Below, in pieces: positions 40,327 through 49,149 of a DNA stretch of 64,000 bases. The number at the start of each line of letters is the position of its first letter. The stretch's first letter is position 1. This DNA comes from Longimicrobiales bacterium. GTDB taxonomy: Bacteria; Gemmatimonadota; Gemmatimonadetes; Longimicrobiales; Gaopeijiaceae. Location: the NCBI GenBank assembly GCA_965226375.1, contig CBDDCX010000008.1, positions 480,001 to 544,000 on the forward strand. Direction: 5' to 3'. The notes beneath the pieces are model-generated. The model ran no database searches. It was not told the origin of the DNA and saw only the letters and a program-made list of their open reading frames with translations. A program made the position numbers and the translations under genes.

Positions 40327-41691
40327 CTAGAACACCGTCGCGCGCTTCGACCCTTCGGGTCCGTTGTCCCAATCCTGGACCGAAGAGATGTTCGGCATTC
40401 CCCAGTCGTTCCCGTTCCAGCCTTGGAAGCCATCCAGGCGGAACGCCCAAAAGCCGGTGGTAAAGTCGGACACGATGATCAGGCCGTCCTCGTTACGGAT
40501 GTCGAGGCCCATGGCACCATTCGCCACCTCTGTGAAGAACGAGGCCCCCCCTCCGTAGGCGATGTTGTCCGGCTGATCGTACGTGTCGAAGCTGGCCACG
40601 GTATAAGGGTTCTCCGGGTCCATCATGTTGAAGACCTGAAGGCCCTCCATGTAGTTGGCCACGAACACGTAAGGCCAGCGCATCTCGAAGTTGTGAGCGT
40701 GCTTCTTCCAGTCGGCCGTCCAGGCTCCGATCGGCCGCGTGATCATGTCGGTGCCGTCCTCCGACTCCATGTCGTACAGTCGGATGGGGCTGTAGCGGAG
40801 GTGCCCTTCGGCAATGCCGTACTTGTGGTCCGGTGTGACCGCGAACGTGTGGTCACGTGTAACGCCCGGGACACACGCTACCGACTTGAGAAGCTCGGGC
40901 TCCTCGGGTCGGGTCACGTCGAACACGTAGGTGCCCACCGGCTGGGACGCCGCGTATGCCTTGTCCTGTCCTGTCTCGGCGTCGAAGGCGATGTAGAAGT
41001 CGTGGTAGGTGTGTGACATTCCGGCGCCCGGGCACGGATTGGTCGGCACGGGCAGCCGCCCGATCAGGCCATGGTCGGGAGCCCCGTCCAGGAACATCTG
41101 CATGTCGTAGATGTTCGCGTGGGGGCCATTCACCGTTGCAAAGAGCAACACCCTGCCGTCGGAATGCTTGTAGGCGAACAGGTTGTGGAATCCGCCCGGG
41201 CTGAGTGGGTCCCTGATCCGTCCCACTTCACGAACCGCTTCCGGGTCGGGTAGCCCCGTCACGTCGAAAACCACCGCACCCAGGTCGGCATCCGGTCCGC
41301 CCTGCTGGAATTGGAGACCCTGCACGTAGTAATAGCGGTCGTTCAGCTTGAAGTACTTCCCGTCGGTCCCACCCGAGCCGCGGTGAAGCTCCGCATTCTC
41401 GATTCGCCATCTGTAGATGATCTGAGAACTCTCGGGTTTGGACACGTCGATGATGTCCACGCCGCCCAGCAGCCAGCGGGAGACATACACGTAGGGCCGT
41501 GAGATTTCTTGCTCGATCTCTATGTCGCCTACGCTGAACGCCTGACCGAGTGGGATATGCGATACCAGTTCTATGTTCGGGGTGCCCTGCTCGATCTTGC
41601 CGTCTGCGGGCGGTGACTGGGCTGATGCGGTCCGAGCGGTGCCAGACATGACGACCAGAGTCAAAGCCGCGAGGCGGGATAGATAACGCAT
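40327..41691 (-). CDS. Secreted His-motif beta-propeller (LVIVD-like), paralogue 5 (most divergent)
   Basis: FHNLF / YHD / DHT / HNFE and the same GWNGNDWGMPNISSVQDWDNGP tail. Confidence 0.8.
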   Translation of the reverse strand: MRYLSRLAALTLVVMSGTARTASAQSPPADGKIEQGTPNIELVSHIPLGQAFSVGDIEIEQEISRPYVYVSRWLLGGVDIIDVSKPESSQIIYRWRIENAELHRGSGGTDGKYFKLNDRYYYVQGLQFQQGGPDADLGAVVFDVTGLPDPEAVREVGRIRDPLSPGGFHNLFAYKHSDGRVLLFATVNGPHANIYDMQMFLDGAPDHGLIGRLPVPTNPCPGAGMSHTYHDFYIAFDAETGQDKAYAASQPVGTYVFDVTRPEEPELLKSVACVPGVTRDHTFAVTPDHKYGIAEGHLRYSPIRLYDMESEDGTDMITRPIGAWTADWKKHAHNFEMRWPYVFVANYMEGLQVFNMMDPENPYTVASFDTYDQPDNIAYGGGASFFTEVANGAMGLDIRNEDGLIIVSDFTTGFWAFRLDGFQGWNGNDWGMPNISSVQDWDNGPEGSKRATVF

Positions 41692-41714
41692 GTGCGGCAT
41701 CCGAAAGGGGGGCT

Positions 41715-42326
41715 TCAGCAGTTCTCTACCTCGAACGGGCCATGGCCCGATGCGGAGTGCATGAGCCCACTCCGGGAGATCCCCTGCATGAGGATGGGCC
41801 CGGCCCACGCATTCCCCGGTCTCTCGGTATTCTTCGGATCCCACGAGCCCGGCTGCTCCGCCGTGACGAACATGATGAACTTGTTGAAGACCACTTGGCC
41901 CATGAGCTCGAAGTCTTCGTCCAGCACTCCCAGTCTCACGATCGGGCTCAAGTTCGGCGGAGCAACCCACACGGTGTACTCCACCTTGGGTGGTCCCCGG
42001 AGTCCGTCGACAGCGAGGTGGACATCGTAGATGTACCGACCATCCACGGATACGGCGATGCCGAACGGTGACTGAGCGAACGTCTTGGTCACGTATCCTA
42101 CGGCCCCAGGCGCTCTACTCGTGGGCGCCATACGGATGTCGTAGTAGTCGGCAGTGGCGGCCGCATCAGGCGCCGCCATGCAGATGCGTACGACGGGATC
42201 GGGCACGTCGGCAGAAACGGGTTCTACCTGCCACAGCGGCGAGGCGAAGAAAAGCGTGCAAGCCACCAGGAGGGTCGGGACCCGGATACACGGAGCGGTC
42301 AACTCGCCCAGTAGCCGTTTACGCAT
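41715..42326 (-). CDS. Secreted hypothetical protein with RskA-C-like pattern and MHxxxGH..C tail
   Basis: RBS GGAGG, signal-like N-terminus, YTVW..RLGVL..FVTAE..GPIL, ends GLMHSASGHGPFEVENC. Confidence 0.65.
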   Translation of the reverse strand: MRKRLLGELTAPCIRVPTLLVACTLFFASPLWQVEPVSADVPDPVVRICMAAPDAAATADYYDIRMAPTSRAPGAVGYVTKTFAQSPFGIAVSVDGRYIYDVHLAVDGLRGPPKVEYTVWVAPPNLSPIVRLGVLDEDFELMGQVVFNKFIMFVTAEQPGSWDPKNTERPGNAWAGPILMQGISRSGLMHSASGHGPFEVENC

Positions 42327-42428
42327 CGTCATTCCTCCACAAGAAGCCACACTCAACTCCCCAAAATTACCAAGGTGACTGCAGGGCTGCAAGAGAACGC
42401 CGGGGGGATAGTCCCTGAATTCATAGGG

Positions 42429-43907
42429 TTACGAGTTCTCCGAGGTCTGAAAGAGGCGCTCGACACGCTCGGTCTGAACCGTCGGCCCCACCAACGAGAT
42501 GACCACATAAGTCAGCAGCGAAAGCGCGAGCGCGGGAAAGACCTGGTGAAGCGCCGCCGACCAGGGCGTGTATCGCCAAAGGAACAGAGGCGCCAGTCCC
42601 GCAGCGTACGAACCGATCACGGCTGCTCCGCTTCCTCTTCGCCAGTACAGCCCCAGGACGATGGCTGGAAGGAAGCAAGCACCGTACAGGCTGCCTGAGA
42701 GAGCCGTGAGGGTCACGATGCCCCCGGGCGGATTCAAGGCGATCATGGCGGTCACCAGCGCGAAGACGCCCACGTAGAAACGCGTCGCACGTAACGCCGC
42801 CGTATCGGAGCCTGCGGGTCGAAACACGCCCACGATATCCCGCTCGGTAGTCGACGCCATGACCAGGAGCACGCTGTCCAAGGACGACATGGCGGCGGCG
42901 ACCATTGCCACCAGAAGGAATGCAGCCCCCAGTGAAGAGAACACGCCCTCCGTGGCCAGCAGCGTGGGCACGACCAGGTCCGTGTCTTCGACGTTGCCCG
43001 GGATGATTCGCCGCGCATACAGGCCCACCGGAACGAGCAGGGAGTACACCGCCGCGAAGGTGAGTGTGCTCACCAGCATGCCCGTGCGTGTAGCCTGCGC
43101 GTCTTCGAGGGCGTAGAAGCGAGAGAGCTGACGTGGCTCGACGGCGAACTTGATGGTCCCGGCCACCAGGACACCGAAGAGGGTGGGCACCGCGACCCCG
43201 CCTCCCCAGGTGAAGAGGTGCGACGTCTCGGGAGCTTGACGGACGGTTTCGATGGCGCCGAGGCCGCCGGCCGCGCTCACTGTGCCCGCGAACAGCAGGA
43301 TGGCCGCCGCCGCCATCACGACGCCCTGCACGGCGTCGGTCTTCACCACGGAGATGAAACCGCCGACCGCCGTGTACAACATGACCACCACGAAGACCAG
43401 GGCGATGGACACCTTGTAGGGGATGTCCATGAACGTCTCCAGGAGATTGCCGATCCCCTTGAAGACGGCGGTCATGTAGAAGAGACTCGCGAAGAGCACG
43501 ATGATGGCTGCCAGGAACCGTGCAGCGTTGCTCTCGAAACGGAATCCGATGAAGTCGGGAACCGTAAGGGAATCCAGGGAGCGGGTGAAGGCTCTGAGCC
43601 GGGGGGCGACCACCGTCCACGCGAAGAAGGAAAAGCCCACAATGAAGGGCACGAGCAGGAGCCAAGGTGCTCCCCACGCGTGGGCCTGACCGGAGAACCC
43701 TATGAAGCTGTTGGTGCTCGAATAGGTTGCGAAGAAGGAAAGGCCGAGGACCACCCCTCCCATCCCCCGGCCTCCCACATAGTAGTCGGCCAGATCTTTC
43801 GTTTCCCTTTTTCCGGCGTAGGCGTGGAAGACCAGAAGCGCCGTGTAGAGTGCCAGCAACACATGGACGAGCCAGAACTCGCGCAGGTTGTCGAGAATCG
43901 CGCTCAC
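42429..43907 (-). CDS. Sodium:solute symporter (PanF/PutP-like)
   Basis: DYYVGGR, ATYSSTNSFIG, YTAVGG..TDAVQG and AAMSSLDS. Confidence 0.9.
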   Translation of the reverse strand: MSAILDNLREFWLVHVLLALYTALLVFHAYAGKRETKDLADYYVGGRGMGGVVLGLSFFATYSSTNSFIGFSGQAHAWGAPWLLLVPFIVGFSFFAWTVVAPRLRAFTRSLDSLTVPDFIGFRFESNAARFLAAIIVLFASLFYMTAVFKGIGNLLETFMDIPYKVSIALVFVVVMLYTAVGGFISVVKTDAVQGVVMAAAAILLFAGTVSAAGGLGAIETVRQAPETSHLFTWGGGVAVPTLFGVLVAGTIKFAVEPRQLSRFYALEDAQATRTGMLVSTLTFAAVYSLLVPVGLYARRIIPGNVEDTDLVVPTLLATEGVFSSLGAAFLLVAMVAAAMSSLDSVLLVMASTTERDIVGVFRPAGSDTAALRATRFYVGVFALVTAMIALNPPGGIVTLTALSGSLYGACFLPAIVLGLYWRRGSGAAVIGSYAAGLAPLFLWRYTPWSAALHQVFPALALSLLTYVVISLVGPTVQTERVERLFQTSENS

Positions 43908-45526
43908 CGCGAGTCCCCTGATGCAAACAGGGTCTTCAGGTCTTGTTTCTGCACCTTGCCCATGCTGTTACGCGGGAGTTGTTCGACGATCTTGAGGTCT
44001 CCTGGCACCTTGTACGGAGCGAGTCGGTCTCGAGCCCAGGCCAGCAGCGCCTGGACGTCGAGGGCTGTCTTGTCCACCGGAACGACGGCCCCGCAGAGGC
44101 GCTCCCCCAACTCGGGGTCGGGCACACCCACCACCGCGCAGTCTTCAATGTCCCGGTGCTCTCTCAACGTCTCCTCGACCTGTAGGGCCGACACCTTGTA
44201 GCCGCTCGTCTTGATGATGTCCACAGACAGCCGGCCGAGGAGACGGTAGTAACCGTCCTCTTCGACCGCCAGGTCTCCGGTGCGGAACCAGTCGTCCCGG
44301 AACGCCTGAGCCGTTTCTTCGGGGCGACGCCAATACTCCGAGAAGACACCTGGCCCTCGGACCTCCAGCTCCCCGGGGACACCCGGGTCCGAGACCATGA
44401 CGCCCTCGTCGTCGACACGACGTATCTCCACGGCCGGAAGGGGTTGGCCCACGTGGCCCGGCCGTCTCTCTCCCCGAAGGGGATTCGAGAGGCCCATGCC
44501 GATCTCGGTCATTCCGTACCGCTCCAGCAGCACCTGGCCGGTGACTTCCCGCCATCGCTCGAGGACGCTGATCGGGAGAGCCGCCGAGCCGGACACCATG
44601 AGACGCATCTTTCGGGCTCCTTCGCTCCACCGCTCCCGGTCCTCCGGGTCTGCTTCATCCCAGGCCCGGAGGAGCCGGACGAAGACGGTGGGCACGGCCA
44701 TGAACAGAGTGATATCACCGCGAGCGAAGCGCTCCCACGTTTCGGTGGCGTCGAAGCGGGGCAATATCTGGCAGCAGGCACCCGACCACAGGGCGCACGT
44801 GACCACATTGACGATCCCGTGCACATGATGGAGCGGCAACACGAGCAGGATGTGGTCCCTCTCGCTCCATGCCCACGCGCGGACCAGGGAGCCGACCTGC
44901 GCGTTCACGTTCGCATGAGTCGTGACCACGCCCTTCGGGCGGCCGGTGGTACCGCTGGTGTAGATCATCAGGGCTCGCCGGTTCTCGGAAACCTCGAGAG
45001 GGTCTGATCCGTCCGGGCGAGCATGGGTTGCCTCCGCCGCATCGTTGGATACCACCGTGGCACACAGCTCTCCCGAGTCCAGGACGGGCAGTCCTCTCTG
45101 CTTGGCAAGCGTAACCACTCGCTCGGCCAGCGACGGATGTACTACCACCGCCGCGGGCTCGGCGTCGTCGAGCACGTAGGCCAACTCGGGTGTCGGGTGC
45201 GAGATCGCCAGCGGGACGGCGACGCCTCCTGCTCGCCAGATTCCCCACTGAACCGCCACGTGCTCGAACCCGGGCGGGATCAGGTAGGCGATCCGGGCCT
45301 CCGTGAGATCTCTAACGCCACGAGGGGCCAACTCTCCAACGGGCGCCGGCAGGCCCGGGACGGTCGTCAACAGACGGTCGGCAACATGGTGGGACGCCGA
45401 GAGCAAATCCCCGTACGTGAAGACGCCTTCGGGACCGAGGATAGCGATCCGGTCGCCGTGAGCGCGTGCCCGGCGGACGAGCGTAGGTTCCTGCGACGGA
45501 GACATGTGTGGCGGGTTCGAGATCAT
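43904..45526 (-). CDS. Acyl-CoA synthetase (malonyl-CoA synthetase MatB/ACSF3-like)
   Basis: YTSGTTGRPKG, LPLHHVHG, LLERYGMTEIGM and PRNSMGKVQK. Confidence 0.88.
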   Translation of the reverse strand: MISNPPHMSPSQEPTLVRRARAHGDRIAILGPEGVFTYGDLLSASHHVADRLLTTVPGLPAPVGELAPRGVRDLTEARIAYLIPPGFEHVAVQWGIWRAGGVAVPLAISHPTPELAYVLDDAEPAAVVVHPSLAERVVTLAKQRGLPVLDSGELCATVVSNDAAEATHARPDGSDPLEVSENRRALMIYTSGTTGRPKGVVTTHANVNAQVGSLVRAWAWSERDHILLVLPLHHVHGIVNVVTCALWSGACCQILPRFDATETWERFARGDITLFMAVPTVFVRLLRAWDEADPEDRERWSEGARKMRLMVSGSAALPISVLERWREVTGQVLLERYGMTEIGMGLSNPLRGERRPGHVGQPLPAVEIRRVDDEGVMVSDPGVPGELEVRGPGVFSEYWRRPEETAQAFRDDWFRTGDLAVEEDGYYRLLGRLSVDIIKTSGYKVSALQVEETLREHRDIEDCAVVGVPDPELGERLCGAVVPVDKTALDVQALLAWARDRLAPYKVPGDLKIVEQLPRNSMGKVQKQDLKTLFASGDSR

Positions 45527-45564
45527 CGGAGGCCGAAGCTAGGGTCCGATGTCCCACGCGGCCA

Positions 45565-46548
45565 TCACATGGCGGTGTGGGCCAGGTTCCTCCTCCACCG
45601 GCGGCCGCCGAGCAGGCCCGGAACGGTGGAGTCCTCAGCGATCGACGACCTTCCACCACCGCGCCAGTCCGACATGACCGACACGTTGAGCGCGCCGAGG
45701 AGCCCATCTATCGCGTGCCGACCCCGGCCCAGGGCGAACCGATAGAGCTTCCTGAACAGAAACCGTGACGTTCCCCCGAGCGCCCCTCCACCCAGGAGAC
45801 CCAGCGCACCCACCAGTGGCACGAGTCCTAGTGTGCCCAGGCCCAAGGCCGTGGCCACAGCCACTCCCCCTCCGACCCCCCCCGCCAGCCCGCCGAATCC
45901 GGCAGCGGCACCCGTCAGGGTCCCGAAGATTCCGCCGGCGATTCGCTGTCCGGCTCGCAGCGGACATCGTACGACGACCCGACAGGACTCTTCATCCACC
46001 GGATGGATGGAGACCATGATCTGCTTGATGCCCGGGTGGGACATGTCGTGCTCAAAGGGGGTGTAGCTCAGGGGCATGGCGGCAGGCACGTCAAAGACCA
46101 TGACACCCCCGTCCGACATGTCGCCCTGGATGTCACGTACCGCGAGATTATAGGGCGCGTTCGGAAAAACGCCCTGCATGGTCTCGTAAATGGCATCGGG
46201 GGTTGCTGCCATGATCCGCTGGACCTCGAGGAACTCCGGAGGGCTCCCGAGCAACCTCTCCGCGACCCTGTTCAGCACGGACCTCTCGTGATGCCCGACG
46301 GCATTTTGTGCAGTGACCTCTGCGAGGGCCGCATCCACGAACTCCCCGGCGATGCCGGCCTCCTCCGCGGCCTGCCGCACATGATCCAGGGCATATCCTG
46401 CAGTGTCCGGTTCAGAGACATCGGGTTCAGCCTCGAGCAGAGACGTCTTTTCGATTCGCCGGGCCGCCTCAGACTGCAACTCTGCCGCCCGCTGCCACAG
46501 ACGGGCCGCCATCTCCTCGCTCAAACGCTGTTGTTCGTCGTTGCTCAT
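45565..46548 (-). CDS. Hypothetical membrane protein
   Basis: Long ORF with coding-like bias and a Gly-rich hydrophobic C-terminal hairpin. Confidence 0.65.
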   Translation of the reverse strand: MSNDEQQRLSEEMAARLWQRAAELQSEAARRIEKTSLLEAEPDVSEPDTAGYALDHVRQAAEEAGIAGEFVDAALAEVTAQNAVGHHERSVLNRVAERLLGSPPEFLEVQRIMAATPDAIYETMQGVFPNAPYNLAVRDIQGDMSDGGVMVFDVPAAMPLSYTPFEHDMSHPGIKQIMVSIHPVDEESCRVVVRCPLRAGQRIAGGIFGTLTGAAAGFGGLAGGVGGGVAVATALGLGTLGLVPLVGALGLLGGGALGGTSRFLFRKLYRFALGRGRHAIDGLLGALNVSVMSDWRGGGRSSIAEDSTVPGLLGGRRWRRNLAHTAM

Positions 46549-46788
46549 TTCACACTGCGCATGGTCGCCGGGACTCCGTTCCGCAGATTCTGTCTCCAAG
46601 CAAGATACGTGGAAGCCTTCTCACAAATTCCTATTACCGCAGGCGCTTCCGGAAGCAGTATACGTATAGTTGTATCGTGACCATACGTACGCCCCCGGTT
46701 CACACGTACGACCCACCCCAACACCCTCCCGCCCCAGCCTGCGCGAAAAGGGGAGTAGGGTGATCCGCCATCGGAATGTTGGGGGAGC

Positions 46789-46869
46789 GAGGCGCCGTGA
46801 CCTCTCCCGGACCCGTCTGCCGCGAAGCGGTGGTAGCGTAGCGGGGTTCGGGAGAGGTCACGGCGCCTC
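46789..46869. repeat. Long intergenic inverted repeat (about 27-bp arms)
   Basis: gaggcgccgtgacctctcccggaccc ... gggttcgggagaggtcacggcgcctc. Confidence 0.8.
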
Positions 46870-46912
46870 ACTCCCGTCCACCACGAGTGAAGGATCACCC
46901 GACTCCCAGCGA

Positions 46913-47503
46913 CTAATCCGCGCCCTCGAAGAACGGGTTCTCTCCGGACGCGTGGTCCGTCACGTCGTGGATGACCGTGATCTCCGGAACCGCCTGGCGC
47001 ACCATGCGCTCCACGCCCTGACGGAGCGTCATGCGTGACATGGCGCATCCCTGGCAGCCGCCGCCCATCTCCAGGTAGATCTCGGTGTCTTGGACGTCTA
47101 CCAGGGTGATGACGCCGCCGTGTGAGGCGATGGCGGGGTTGATCTGGTCCTCGAGGATCTCGCGGACCTTCTGCGCCAAGGCGCCTGTGGGCGTGGTGGC
47201 GGGGGTGGTGGGGCCGGCCGCCAGCCGTACCTCGAATCCGCTTTCGTTCACCCTCTCGACGAAGTCCACCGTGGCATCTTCTAGACGCGGAGCCGTCCCC
47301 TCGTTGACCACGATCGTGAGACCGCTCACATCCAACTCGATCTCGTCGCCGTGAATCTCGTCGGATCCCACCAGGGTCAGCTCGAACTCGGGCGCTGAAG
47401 GAGTGCCACCGGAGACGGCGATTCGCAGTGCCGTGAGCTCACCGCCGCTCTGGTCCAAGTAGCTGCGCACCATTTCGAGGGCTCTGTCCGTCAGCGTCAT
47501 CAT
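46913..47503 (-). CDS. nfuA: Fe-S carrier NfuA (degenerate A-type domain + NifU-C)
   Basis: INPAIASHGG, GGGCQGC and DVTDHASGENPF. Confidence 0.9.
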   Translation of the reverse strand: MMTLTDRALEMVRSYLDQSGGELTALRIAVSGGTPSAPEFELTLVGSDEIHGDEIELDVSGLTIVVNEGTAPRLEDATVDFVERVNESGFEVRLAAGPTTPATTPTGALAQKVREILEDQINPAIASHGGVITLVDVQDTEIYLEMGGGCQGCAMSRMTLRQGVERMVRQAVPEITVIHDVTDHASGENPFFEGAD

Positions 47504-47706
47504 CGAAGAACACTCCTGCCGGTTACGGATCCGGGCTTTCCGGGTTGGGTCGGCGCGGTATACCCGCGAATCTTTCCGGGGTTCTCCTGTCGGTTGATGA
47601 GGCGAGGGGGCGTGTCTAGCTTCCACCTCCTCGCAGGACCACCGCCGCGCCTATCGGATCGACCCAACGTCTTGGTGGCTCGCGAACTTCGGAAACGGAA
47701 CAGTAG

Positions 47707-49029
47707 ATGGCCGACGCTCAATTGATGGATAAGCTCACGTCCCTGGCCAAGCGCCGGGGATTCATCTTCCAGTCCTCCGAGATCTATGGAGGAACGGGTG
47801 CCGTTTGGGACTACGGACCCCTAGGAGTCGAGCTCAAGCGCAACGTCAAAGATCGCTGGTGGAGCACCATGGTCCATCAGCGCGACGACGTCGAGGGACT
47901 GGATGCCTCCATCCTGATGAATCCCAAGGTATGGGAGGCTTCGGGCCATGTGGACGGATTCACGGACCCGCTGGTCGAGTGCTCGGCCTGTCACCGGCGT
48001 TTCCGGGCCGATCTCCCCGAGGTGGAGAACGGACAATGTCCCACGTGCGGGACCAAGGAAGCGTTCGGTGAGCCGCGCTTGTTCAACCTCATGTTCAAGA
48101 CCTTCATGGGGCCGGTCGAGGAAGACGCGGCCGTCATCTACCTTCGCCCAGAGACGGCTCAGGGGTCGTACGTCAACTTCCTGAACGTGCAGACGTCGTC
48201 GCGGCAGAAGATCCCTTTCGGGATCGCCCAGATCGGGAAGGCGTTCCGGAACGAGATCACGCCCGGAAACTTCATCTTCCGGACCCGCGAGTTCGAACAG
48301 ATGGAGCTTCAGTTCTTCGTGGAGCCCGGTGAGGACGACGAGTGGTTAGATTACTGGATGCACGCGCGCATGGATTGGCACCTCTCCCTCGGGATCCGCA
48401 AGGAAAAACTCCGCTTCCACGAACATGGACCCGACGAGCTGGCCCACTATGCGAAGAAGGCCTTCGACATCGAGTACGAGTATCCCTTCGGCTGGAAGGA
48501 GTTCGAGGGCATCCACAACCGGACCGACTTCGATCTCTCGCGTCATCAGGAACACTCCGGCAAGAGGCTGGAGTACATCGATCCGGCCGAGGGCAAGAGG
48601 TTTGTGCCGTACGTGGTGGAGACGGCGGTTGGGGTGGACCGGACCGTTCTCGTGGCTCTGGTGGACGCCTACCGTGAGGAAGAGATCGAAGGTGACACGA
48701 GAGTGCTGCTGGCCCTGGATCCGGGATTGGCGCCGATCAAGGTTGCCGTGTTCCCCTTGGTAAAGAAGGATGGTCTCCCCGAGGTCGCCAAGAAGCTCGA
48801 TGCCGATCTTCGCGGGGCTGCGATTCCGTCGTTCTATGACGCCGCTGGGTCGATCGGGAAGCGCTACAGACGGCAGGATGAAGCGGGGACTCCGTGGTGC
48901 GTTACGGTGGACGGGCAGACCCTGGAAGACGGCACCGTCACCGTGCGTGACCGGGACACGCTGGAGCAAGTGCGCGTGAGTGCCGAGTCGGTGCCGGAAT
49001 GGGTGCGAGGACGGCTGTCCGGATCCTGA
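47707..49029 (+). CDS. glyQS: Glycine--tRNA ligase (alpha2 type)
   Basis: KRRGF, DYGPLG, LRPETAQG, FRNEITP, REFEQME and IGKRYRRQDE. Confidence 0.97.
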   Translation: MADAQLMDKLTSLAKRRGFIFQSSEIYGGTGAVWDYGPLGVELKRNVKDRWWSTMVHQRDDVEGLDASILMNPKVWEASGHVDGFTDPLVECSACHRRFRADLPEVENGQCPTCGTKEAFGEPRLFNLMFKTFMGPVEEDAAVIYLRPETAQGSYVNFLNVQTSSRQKIPFGIAQIGKAFRNEITPGNFIFRTREFEQMELQFFVEPGEDDEWLDYWMHARMDWHLSLGIRKEKLRFHEHGPDELAHYAKKAFDIEYEYPFGWKEFEGIHNRTDFDLSRHQEHSGKRLEYIDPAEGKRFVPYVVETAVGVDRTVLVALVDAYREEEIEGDTRVLLALDPGLAPIKVAVFPLVKKDGLPEVAKKLDADLRGAAIPSFYDAAGSIGKRYRRQDEAGTPWCVTVDGQTLEDGTVTVRDRDTLEQVRVSAESVPEWVRGRLSGS

Positions 49030-49149
49030 CCGGACTCCTGTCAGGAGTGGACGGGTCGACGAAGGGCGCTCCGGCTCCCATGTTACCCGCTTGCTCGGAG
49101 AGGGCCTGGGCGCGCTAGAGGGCTCTTCAACCTGAATCCGGAGGCGTCG

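Noticed and set aside
38793..40433. Long antisense ORFs (this one, 24562-26259, 23165-24577, 14005-15453, 62612-63649 and others)
   Set aside because: Shadow frames of well-supported genes in high-GC DNA, with no recognisable motifs
30510..41691. Repeated DNA blocks as a CRISPR array or DGR template/variable repeats
   Set aside because: The repeats are coding segments of paralogues, with no spacer periodicity, cas genes, reverse transcriptase or adenine-specific variation
46789..46869. Hairpin as SRP (4.5S) or 6S RNA
   Set aside because: Lacks the SRP CAGG..GGAA..AGCA motif and the size and central bubble of 6S
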